Below the pieces are notes generated by a model, which saw only the letters and a list, made by a program, of their open reading frames with translations, did not search any database and was not told the origin of the DNA. DNA of 64,000 nucleotides from Paramecium tetraurelia (Eukaryota). The DNA lies in the NCBI GenBank assembly GCA_000165425.1, contig CT868208.1, positions 186,001 to 250,000 on the forward strand. Reading direction: 5' to 3'. Both the position numbers and the translations under genes were made by a program. Positions within the stretch are counted from its first letter, which is position 1; the number at the start of each line of letters is the position of its first letter. This document shows, in pieces, positions 13,269 through 25,270 of the stretch.

Positions 13269-14016
13269 TCATAATTCATTGTATTGATATATATTCTTAA
13301 ATGTAATTATCATTAAGTTATTTATTTAATAAATGCCAATCGTGATTTATTTTCAATTTTATAAAGTTGCTTAATACTAAATAGACTTAGATCCTTAAAT
13401 TTAATTGATTATTGTTTATCCAACAAATTATCAGCTAACTTATTGATCACTTTCTAATTCTCTTCATCTAATCCTTCAACTATGCCAATTATCACCGAAT
13501 CATTGAGTGTTTTTAATAAATCCTTAGCATTCTCAACTGTATATTCTCCAATGCAATCAATTTTCACTTGTTATTCTAGATCAAAACTAACGAACCTTGT
13601 ATTTACAACACAGTCTTCAATCTTGAGATTACCCTCATAGCAAATTTACTTATTTTCATTCTGAATCAAACCCTTGTTCTTATTCTACAATTTAGGGCAA
13701 TCGTTTATGATAATATTTTGTGTTTCGCTATCTTCATTTTCATCAACCACAATAACTATTGGATTAGGTCTAACCCTTTTAACAGGAGGAGGAGAAGCTT
13801 CTCTTTTTTTGCCTTTTTTGCCTTTCCCTTTTCTTTCATCTTATGCATCATCTTGTCCCTAATGATAATAACGTAATTCCATACTTATTAAACATTCTAT
13901 TATTGACCATCATTATTGCCCCAGCCTTAATCCGTATTACCCCAATTACTTTATGGTGCTTCATTTGCTTTATCTTGTGTTTGAATGTTGACTTCTGCTG
14001 GTTCACCCCAACTCAT
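13269..14016 (-). CDS. Hypothetical protein with basic NLS-like segment and possible SPOC-like C-terminal domain
   Basis: MSWGEPAEV...KGKGKKGKKREASPPPVKRVRP...YEGNLKIED...KLADNLLDKQQSI; 2 introns. Confidence 0.55.
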
Positions 14017-14606
14017 GTATTCAGAATATTTATTATTGATGAATCGAAACCTAGAATGAAACTTTTGTAGTTCATATTATGAAGTAAAATTATTATTAAA
14101 TTTAATAAAAATATCGTTAAAGGGAAGCTATTAATCTAAAAATAGAACCTCTAAACATCCTAAAAAATGTGTGGTCTATTTCCTAATAGATTCAATGCTT
14201 TCATATTGATATTTTAACTAGATTTAAAAATTGAAAAATGTCATTGCCATATATTAATCTTGTTTCTTTGAATCTAAAACATGCTGATTTAATATATTAT
14301 ATTTGAAAACTTGGTTTCAAACTTGCTGCATCTTATTTGTACAGATTTATGTGGATTACAAAAAAGGCTCGTGCATTTGAGGAATTGCGAGTACGTTAAT
14401 CAAATAAAGGAAATTGGTATTCTCATACTATTCTGGCCATAAATATATCTTTGCACCTTTTTTATTTAAAAATCTAAATTTTAAGGGGTCCTCATAGTTT
14501 ATTTATAGTCTATCTTGGCTTTAAGTGCCAATCTTTAACATATAAAATTATGTTGGCACACAATACATATATAAACAAAATATAATCAAAGTGTAATCTT
14601 CGCCTA

Positions 14607-14810
14607 TCATTCTGAGATTATCTGTCTCGTATGTAGGGTCTTTCTTGATAAATCATAGGAATTTGTTGATGAAACCTAAAAACTCAAAGTCTTTTTTTTA
14701 ATGACTAAATCCAATTGGCATGATTAATTTGGACTAGGCTTTTTTAGTATGCCATTTTTTGGAATAGAAAGTGAACCTTTCCTTGAAGCTTTCATTGAGC
14801 TACAGCCCAT
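14607..14810 (-). CDS. 67-aa predicted N-acylated microprotein with PP1-docking-like motifs
   Basis: Intronless MGCSSMKASRKGSLSIPKNGILKKPSPNQSCQLDLVIKKKTLSFQVSSTNSYDLSRKTLHTRQIISE*, preceded by an AT-rich leader. Confidence 0.55.
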
Positions 14811-15648
14811 AAAATAATAAACAAACAATTATTAAAGTTTATATATTTACGATCAACTTAAGTTAGTTAGATTTTAATACTGAATTTAATTATAGAGCAA
14901 TAAACGATTATTAATAAATTTATACCTTAGATATGATTGCCAATTATGTTATGAATGAAATTGTTAGCAATCCTCTAATTTGGAAAGGAATCAAATTAAA
15001 CAAGATATTATAATTGATTTATCAATATTTAATACTTATTTATATGAAAGCATTGTGAAGAAGTAGTATGATAATTAGTATACTAACTCATATATCAAAG
15101 ACTAAAATTTAATGAAATATATAAATTAAAATAATGCTATTTATATCTAATACTATTTTAATAATAAAAAATGATTTCGATAAATTATTGTTTTTAATTT
15201 TTTGCTTTATATAATTTATCTATCTTATCAAATTATAGAGCAAATGACTTAAACCATATATTTGAAGTAATAAAACGATGTATATTGTGATTTTAAGAAT
15301 TGGTTTCCTTTATTTTTCCATCAAAATTTAGTAGCAATCCTAGTCTAACTGATTTCCAAAAATTAGTTTCTTGATTCGATATTCACAATTGATTTTTGCA
15401 CTAGATTTTTTAAATTTAAGATATTAAGTTTTATATTATTTTGATATTTTCTCCTTCTAAAAAACTACAAACCTATATGAAGGATGGTAGTAATCTCTGT
15501 TTTGAGGTGCTAGGCTTCACGAATCTTTATTGAATATTAGAAATAAAAATAAAAATTAAGATTGTATATATTGTTATTCTAAATGCAAAGAAATACATTA
15601 AAATGATGAGGATTATAGCAAATCACAATTCATTAACAAGAGCTCGCT

Positions 15649-15912
15649 TCAATTTGTTATAAATTATTCCGATTTAGAGATTATAGAATGAGATGAGTGT
15701 ATTTAAGGACTTTCTTCATTTAATAAGAATGATAACATACTCCCAGGTTCTTTCACTTCTTTTTCTGGACTTGTTTCTTAGCTTGTATGCTTTGTTAGGA
15801 GGTATTGATTAGTATTATGAGGGGAACTAAGATTTTTCTCATATAATATGAAGATGTGTATGATGTGTTTTTTTATCTTTTTCTTTATGCTTCTTTTACT
15901 TTGGGGCTTCAT
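15649..15912 (-). CDS. 87-aa protein with basic tract and HEXIM-like PHNT motif
   Basis: Intronless MKPQSKRSIKKKIKKHIIHIFILYEKNLSSPHNTNQYLLTKHTSQETSPEKEVKEPGSMLSFLLNEESP...TN*. Confidence 0.55.
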
Positions 15913-17326
15913 GGTATTTGTTCAAAGATGAAGTATGTTGTGTAGTTTTGAAGAGCTTATTGAATTTTTTTTGCTTTTATTTGAAGAATTAATGGCAATC
16001 AAATTTTGGTTAAATAAGAAGAGTTTCAACCGGGGTGCTCACATTTGCTCTTCGAATTATAGGTTAAAAGAAATGAAGTGAAGATAATAGATAAAATACT
16101 AAGCAATACAAAATAACCCAAGACCATCCAGAAAAATAATTAAATAATGAACTTCTCTATAATTGAAATCACTCTAAAAATGCTCGTTTTTTTTAATTTA
16201 AATTTGTTTATTGTTAACTCTTTAATCATTAATTTTTGTTTGATTTGCAATACAATCCAAATAAATGATAACATACCACTTTATGTATTATTCTCTCCAT
16301 TCTTGACATAATCAAATTTAAGAAAATTAGAATTATTTTATAAAAGACTTATTATTTTATTTTTTATTGACTAGATATATGTTAAAAAGAATCTCTTCCT
16401 TTATAATAAAGTAAAAAAGCTAATAATATGTGTATTTTTATGAACATTGCTCTATAAAATTTTATTTTAATATTAAAAATATATTTATTAATTGTTGTGT
16501 TAATTTTTATATTATATCGCATTAATAATAGCTAAATACAATTCTCCTTGAAATTAGACTAAGTAACTAAAATTAACTTAAGGTAAACTTTTAATTTAAA
16601 AATGCAGTATTTATTAATCATTATGTGAAATAATCAAATCTATCCTCTTCTTAAGGATAATACCTCAAGGTCTCTTAATTGAATACTAAATCTATCGAAT
16701 TAATCTGTAAACTAATCCTTATAATTAACCAGAAAGTTATAAAAAAATTAAACAAAATTTCAGGTAAAAAAAATAAATAAATAATTTAAATAAAAAAGCC
16801 ATTCAAAAAGATATCTAATCATCCAGCTATACCGACAATATTTAATGGATTTTATAGTGTGATGCAATATAATACCCTTTTAGCTGAACAATTTAGAATC
16901 AGAAAAAGAAACATATTAATAGAAATAGGATCTTTCATTACATTTCAATTTTTAACCGACCTTTCATTAACTTAAAGAGGATTTTGCTAAAGTCCGTCCT
17001 TTTCGATGTAATAATTAGGGACCTTGGTGAATTTTAAAGAAATAAGTCACATTTATGATGTGTTCCTGTTTAGAAATATAATATCATATATGGATTAGTA
17101 TTATTGAATTTGAAGATATTTAGATGCAATAGGGGTAGTTAGGAGGAGGAAAAGCCTCATGGAGTTATTTATCAATAGAATTAATAATTACGGTGTTTTT
17201 AAAGTAATTATGAAATTAGTAAAACAAATCATTTAATTTTTTTCATTAGTGAGATAAATTGTTAATTTTAATTAGAAATTCATATAAATCTTTGTTAATG
17301 AGGTTTAAATCATTATTATTTTTTTT

Positions 17327-17961
17327 ATGGTGAAATATTCGAAAGCTTTGAGATAGAGAAGTCGAAAATATGATAAAATTACATAGGAAGAACGAGTTTA
17401 AATAGTATAAATGAAAGAAAATGGTTCAACTTGCAGAGAGATTAGTGAGATAATGAATAAAAATATAAAAACTATCTAATCGATTAAATCGATCGAGAAG
17501 AAATCAGAATATGCTGATTTGAAAAAGGCTTTAATTGATTTTGGATTTCAAAAAATAATGGAAATGCAATAACTAGATGTATTTGATTTGACTTATTTTA
17601 GAAAAGGAATTCTAAGATCATCGGGAAGTAAGCAAGTAAACTTATTAAGGAGCAACTAGAAGAGAAAACATCAGATTTTTGGAATTTAATTCCAGAGTAA
17701 AAAAAGTTCTCAAATAAAAGAAGAATTATATAACAGATTGTATTGAATATAGTTGAGAAAGTACAAAATGTAACTCATAAAACCAATGACAATCATTATT
17801 AATAAACAACTATTATTACAAAGGAGGAGTTTGAGGAGAAAAAGGATGAAGTTCCAAATATTTTGATAGAATAACCCATCCCTCTACTTATAGCAAAGGC
17901 TTATTATAGACTGATGTCTTTGTTTATACCAACAAAAAATTTCTATACCTGTCTATAATGA
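17327..17961 (+). CDS. Helix-turn-helix DNA-binding protein (paralog A)
   Basis: RKYDKITQEERVQIVQMKENGSTCREISEIMNKNIKTIQS; one intron; clear similarity to the gene at 19075. Confidence 0.7.
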
Positions 17962-18114
17962 TTAATATATTTAATTAACTACAAAATTATTGAATATATT
18001 GTTCAAGCACTGCCATCTCTATTTTGTTTGATTTCCCAATTAAATGACCTCAAATCTTATGCTAATATTATTTAGTCATGTGATTTTCTCTCATTTATAA
18101 TATTATCAATTATT

Positions 18115-18836
18115 ATATAAAATCAGGATTCTTACCATTATATATTCAAATTCATTATAGTTGGCGATGATAATGTAGGGAAGTCCTGTAATTCCTTCAA
18201 AACACAGAGAAAAAAATTAGAGACGAATATGACCCAAAAATAATGGAATTCAGATCATAAGGATTAAAGAGGAATGATAAAACTGTGAAACTAAATATCT
18301 GAGATACTGCTGGTTAAGAATCTTTCATACCGATAACAAGATTATATTATAAAGGGTTGATATAAGTGGTTATTTTTAGATCTATTGGAGTGCTCTTGGT
18401 GTTTGATATTACCAATCCTGATTCTTTTCATAATGTCCAAAAATGGTATAGTGAAGTGAGTGAGAACACTGGAACCAATAGTACCTTTATCTTAGTTAGG
18501 AATAAGACAGATCTTTAATCACAGTAACCAATACATTAAACTTAGACTTAAGATTACAACTACTTAGGCAAAGGCTTTCGCAGACGAGTACTAGATATAA
18601 TATTTTGAAACATCTGCCAAAACCAATCAAAATATCGATCTCATTTTTGAAAACACAGTTCACTAAATCTTTGAGAAAATTGATAAATAATTAATCGATT
18701 TTGCTAATGAAGTTTTGCTTTCAGACAACTGTCTTAGAATAAAGGGATCATTTTGGGAGAGCTTTATTACCAAGAGAAACAAGGGATTAAGGGGAAAGAT
18801 AAAGATAAAGATAAAGATTAAGATTGCAAGTGTTGA
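18115..18836 (+). pseudogene. Rab GTPase (Rab2/4/14-like) pseudogene
   Basis: YIFKFIIVGDDNVGKSC then a frameshift; I*DTAGQE (TGG->TGA at 18300-18302); NKTD, YFETSAK, C-terminal CKC*; ATA where ATG is expected. Confidence 0.85.
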
Positions 18837-19074
18837 GGGTTTTTATAATTAATTTAAATCAAAATTATTATAGATTTTTTTAAATATAAATAGTTTTATA
18901 AATTCTGAGAATATCGGATATATATTAATATTTTCATTAATAAACAAGAACCCTTTCCAAATAACTATTTCTTATTTCAAATAATTAATATTTCATATTT
19001 TATAACAGAACTCTCAAATAATTTTGGTGCTTATATACAAACTCAAAATAAAGATTTAATTATTATTATAATCT

Positions 19075-19816
19075 ATGCCTATTAAAAAGCGCCTGTCCCA
19101 TCGCAATAGAAAGTATGAGAAATTAACGGATGAGGAAAGAAGTTTCATTATGGACTTTAAATCAAAAGGTATGGGTTGCCAAGAGATAGCCAGAAGATTA
19201 AATAAAAATTTAAAGACAGTTTAATCTGTCTAAAATTCAGAAAGAAAATCCGAATACAAATCCCTCAAAGAGGCTATCACTTAGTATGGCCTCAACTAAC
19301 TACTTCAAATCACTTCCATAACAGTATAAATTATACTAATTTAAGTTTATGGATGAAAGAAAATTAAAAAAACTAGCCACTAAAACCGTCAAATGCGTGA
19401 TGCCTCCCAATAATAATACCATGTTCGCTCACCTGATACCAGCACAAAAAGCTAACTCAAATAAAAGAAGAATTATTGACTAAATAGTCAATAATATCTT
19501 GAATAATATTCAAAAAATTTTGACTGCTAAAGAAATGATAAGTCTATTTGAACCAAATAATTTATCATAAGGTGACACTATGGGTATGGAAACCTCTGAA
19601 TACTCCCAATACTCATCTAATATGCTCTAAAATGATTCTGAAGACCCAAATGAATATGTTGAAGATAATAGCGAAAGAGTCCCTAACACTGAATATCAAT
19701 TTCACAACTTGCCAGGGATATTCAGATAATTTGAAGGCTAATCTATAAATTTCTTAAACCATAGGCAGTTTGAAAAAACTATAGAACAGTCTTCAGATTG
19801 CTATTTTGATTTATGA
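19075..19816 (+). CDS. Helix-turn-helix DNA-binding protein (paralog B)
   Basis: RKYEKLTDEERSFIMDFKSKGMGCQEIARRLNKNLKTVQS; intron at an equivalent position to paralog A; acidic tail. Confidence 0.72.
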
Positions 19817-20846
19817 GATGTCAATTTTACATACAAGATGATATCAATATAAAAAGCATAAATATATAATAATCAATATTAATCTATCTCTGATGATAAA
19901 GAACATTTTAGACCAACATATAATAATTTTAGAGTAACTATGAGGTCAATAGACAGTGTTATATCTTTTTAGTAATAAAATAGCTTAATATACACTTTTG
20001 ATCTTTTTAAAATCAAAAGCAATTATTCTAATACAAAAGGCTCATTTACATAATATTTTGGTAAAATATTCTGCTTTAACATTTTATCCCTAATTAGCAG
20101 TTATATAATACGAATATATTAAGAAATTAATTTATTTTTAATTATTTTTTAAAAAAGTTTTCGTTAAATATCTAAATTACATATACTATTATTTTTCAGC
20201 ATACTAAAATATAATTTATGCACAAAATATTTCATCTCTTTAAAATTATGACAATAAATTAAGCTATTAATATCTATTAATCCATTCATCTCCAATTATG
20301 ACTGAGTATACATTTTCTAAACTAATTTTATCTTTAATGCCGTATTTCAGTCTTTGAGTTCCTTGACTTTTATTTTATAAGTAATTAGTAATGATAAAGT
20401 ATTAATTTTTCAAAATATACTTGAATAAATGTAATTTAACAATAGAGGTATTACATAGTAGTCTTTCGGTAAGTTTTCAGAAATAATCATAGAATCATTT
20501 CATTTAAACTAGCTTTTATCATATTACCTTTATTACAAAATTAATTCAAACGAATTTATTCGTAATGCATAAATTTCTAAGATCCTGATGGTTTTCGATT
20601 TTTTTATGTTCATATTTGAAATTCTGTGAGATTAATAATCAAAGAATTAATTTCTAAGAATCCTTGATAATTTTATCTAAAAGCAATAAATGGCAGGAAT
20701 TCTTTGAATTTAGAAAATACAGATATCCATGTAATTTTGCTCTCTTAACAAAGGAACTAATCTACCAATAAATCTGAAATAGAAATGTTAGCTGTTTAAG
20801 CTATATTAACATCATAAATAATCCTGATGAATTAATATAATATATA

Positions 20847-21361
20847 TCATTCCTTTGGAAGACCTCCTTCTGGTGTTTATTTGCCTAACAAAGCTTTGTG
20901 AATATGAGGAATCACACCACCACCTGCAATAGTAGCTCTGATGAGAATATCAAGCTCTTCATCACCTCTGATGGCTAATTAAAGATGTCTTGGTGTAATT
21001 CTTCTCACTATGAATGAAATTAATATTTAGAATTACCTTTAAAGTCTTTTGAAGCATTTCCTGCTAATTCAAGGACTTCTGCTGTCAGATACTCCAAAAT
21101 TGCTGATGTATAAACAGCAGATGTTGTTCCTACTCTGTTTTTGGCAGAGACTCTTTACTTCAAATATCTATGAATACGACCAACAGGGAACTTATAATTG
21201 ATTAATTTTCTACTTAAAGTCCTGCTTTCAAAGACCTGGATTGAGGTGCTTTCTTATTCTTGCCTTGGCCGAATTTTCCTCCTTTTCCACCTTTTCCACC
21301 TTTTCCGCCTTTTGCACTCTTTGCTATGCCACTCTAACATATATTATTCATACTTTACCAT
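20847..21361 (-). CDS. H2A.Z: Histone variant H2A.Z (hv1-type)
   Basis: GGK-repeat tail, [67 protein letters not shown]; 3 introns, the first directly after the ATG. Confidence 0.97.
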
Positions 21362-21431
21362 TTTGTTGTTAATTTATTTTTAAGCATTAAAAACTATTAT
21401 ATACTTTGTTTAAGAATCGATAAACTCAAAT

Positions 21432-21443
21432 TCTGATTGGCTG
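21432..21443 (-). promoter_or_regulatory. CCAAT box upstream of H2A.Z
   Basis: TCTGATTGGCTG (= CAGCCAATCAGA on the gene strand), ~70 nt upstream of the H2A.Z ATG in otherwise AT-rich DNA. Confidence 0.55.
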
Positions 21444-21985
21444 TGCCTTTTAATTTTGGATAATCGTGTAATAATAGCATGTCTCCTTCACTGTTTTTGA
21501 AATCTGAGTTCTATGTTCACTTTTCTAAAAAATTGTTTCAAACTTATCAAATAATTATGCAATTATATAATGGAAATAATTATTTCCTTATTAATTTTTA
21601 AATAAACACTAAACATACAATTTCTATGATCAACTTATCAATTGGAAAGATTTCGTTTAACCCAAATTTACATGACTAATTTTATTAATCAATCTAACTA
21701 ATATATAATGGAATCTCAACCTTATCATAGCATCATCAACTCATTTAGTTACTTCAGAGGTATTTAAACTATCTTAAGGCATGAAATAGCGCCTTAAAAT
21801 ATGAAGTAAGAGCCTTATAAATGTAAAATTATAGATTGAAAAATAAAATAAAAATAAAACTCATTATTATAAAAAAATAGCTTGATCATAATCTCTAGAG
21901 TAAGGTTTCAGAATAAAGTCTTGAAAGAATGCATAAATATTTTATTGTTAAAGATAATATAAATTTATTAGAAAATAAAGTATCT

Positions 21986-23017
<1,032 letters not shown>

Positions 23018-23045
23018 AAATTTATTATATTGATAATTTAATCAA

Positions 23046-24742
23046 TCAAGATAAGAGTCTCTTGTCTAAAGTAAAGAGATTTTATTTTAATATTCCGATC
23101 TGAAATTCCAACTACCATACTTTGAACTTTAAGACCTAATTTGATTAGGCTTCTTTATAATAATGGAAAATTATATAACATAAGGCAGTCTATGAAAAAT
23201 CAAGTTTTAAGTTACCTTTAGAATCATGTTGAATATGCAAAACACTATAGTTATTCTAACAATAGGATCCCCTGCTTCTCCCCAAGTTGGAAGAGTTTTG
23301 TCTGTGCCATTCCACCAATTCTTTAACAATACTAATTCATAATTACTTTGTAAATTGCAATCCAGAAAATATCTAGGACTACCGTAAAAACAGTGATGGC
23401 TCCCAAGATTTTTAAGTACTCTGGATTAAAACAATCTCTGCAAATAATCAACAAGTACATAGTCCCTAATAAAATCTATCAGACTATAATCTTAAGTTTA
23501 CATCCACATAGGCTGGTCTTGCAAAGCATTAGAACATGGACAACACAATCATCAAGAGATACAAAATGAATCCGTAATATATTTCATCACTAAGTTCATC
23601 TGTTGCTTCTCCCTAATATTGAGGTTGAATATTATCCTGATTCTATCGATAAGATTATTGGGGAGGTGTTGGCTTGTATATTTGTGGTTAGTTTTATTGT
23701 TGTTAATACATCAAGGCCGAATTGGTTTGGACCTTTGAAGAGTTTTGTGGTTTCAAAGAGGATTGGAGATTCTATCTCTAATTATTGTCCATGAAGGGCT
23801 ATTAAACTACAAATAGATCTCTTTTATAATCCTCAATATCGTTCTAGTGTTATTAAATATCAACTTCAAGTTTAGAGATCATTTCTTGGTAATACTTCAG
23901 CTAAATAATAATGAGTAGGAACATGTACCTTATTATAAATCCATTGAACATCAAATTATATGGTTGGGGTAGCGTATTATTGCCTATCACTTTGCAACTA
24001 GAGTTGGAGAGAATGAACTTGTTGATCTTACAATTAGGATATATCTATCTTGGCTTATCCGACTAAGGATTTCTTTTGATTTCGATCTTAGATCAATAAA
24101 CTCAAAGTGATATTCTCCCTTCCAGTTTTAATTTGGCTAGAAATGAATTGAAATAAAATTTATTTTTACAATCCGAATTGCTCATTAAATATTGGATGGA
24201 ACTTGTCTCCTCCAGTCTATTAGGCAACTTGTTCGTTATTATCAACCGATATTGATACGTAACTCTGAATAAAATCCGAATTCGTTATTCCTGAGGCAGA
24301 TTTGATCATTAAATTGAGTGATGAATCAGTATCTATCCCGAATTGATTCTGTTATTAAGTGTCTCCAATATAAATCATAAATACATTTTATTTCTTTGAC
24401 TTGTCGTTGGCAGTCTCTTGATTCCTCAACCAGTTACAAAACTTATTATTCGGTATCTCGAATCTTTTTCTTTAACATTGCATCAGCTGATATCAAGATC
24501 TGTGAAAACTCTTCGATTTAAACTTGGCCTCTTTGATTTGGAGTGCATTATTCATATATTTAATTGGCAACATCTCTATCATACGCTTAATTAGTCTATG
24601 TTGATTATTCTTAATTTTATCATACTAATTGATCTAATGCTTAATATATCTAATCAGGTTAATATGCTTGTCCTTAATTTAATCCAACTCTCTAAAAAGC
24701 CCCTAATACCTAGTTAACATTAGGTGAGAATTGCAACGACAT
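23046..24742 (-). CDS. EF-hand-like + C2 domain + C-terminal multi-pass membrane protein
   Basis: C2-type HPIFNEQFGF...LVGQAKIDISQLQDQ...VQWIYNK; four hydrophobic segments near the C-terminus (FARPAYVD, LDIFWIAIY); several tiny introns. Confidence 0.65.
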
Positions 24743-25270
24743 ATTTTAAATTAATTATATAATTTATAAATTGTATCAAAGAGTTTGAACTAAAGACGTA
24801 ATTCAATTATTTTCAACACAAAAGGGTTAGGTTAATACAGAAAAGTGAATAGATAAAAATTATGATATATTTTTATGATTATTAAATATCAATAGAATAA
24901 ATTTAGTTATAAAGCTGACTGCTTTACTTATAGAAAGAATTAGAATGAAATAAAGTTTGCTAATGGGTTCAAAAACATACATAAGATGCATTATTGTAGA
25001 TATGGGAGAATAGATAGTTAAATATCATTGTTATTTTATCGAGATATCTAATATGAAGATAAATTATTTTTAACAAAGATAAGAAGCTTAAGGTAATAAC
25101 AATGCTTTTAAATTACAAATATATAGATACTATGAATTAAACCCATATTGGATAAAAATTAATCAAATAAATTATTAATATAAACATAAGAGGGGGGTGA
25201 AATTCACACATATAAATTGTGGTAATTCATGAATCACCTTTTAATTTAAAAATAATATCCAAGTTGGCAC

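Noticed and set aside
14100..14570. Possible additional minus-strand gene upstream of the 14016 gene
   Set aside because: The frames I followed hit TGA and I found no convincing intron solution.
18300..18302. TGA read as Trp (context-dependent stop reassignment) in the Rab WDTAGQ motif
   Set aside because: The same locus has a frameshift and no ATG, and intact genes use TGG for Trp. A pseudogene is the simpler explanation.
17300..19850. Composite transposon formed by the two HTH genes carrying the Rab
   Set aside because: No DDE domain, terminal inverted repeats or target-site duplication is visible; both genes are intron-containing and well diverged.
21708..21985. Possible + strand ORF MESQPYHSII...
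   Set aside because: No motif, uncertain splicing, and it runs into the convergent kinase gene without a stop.
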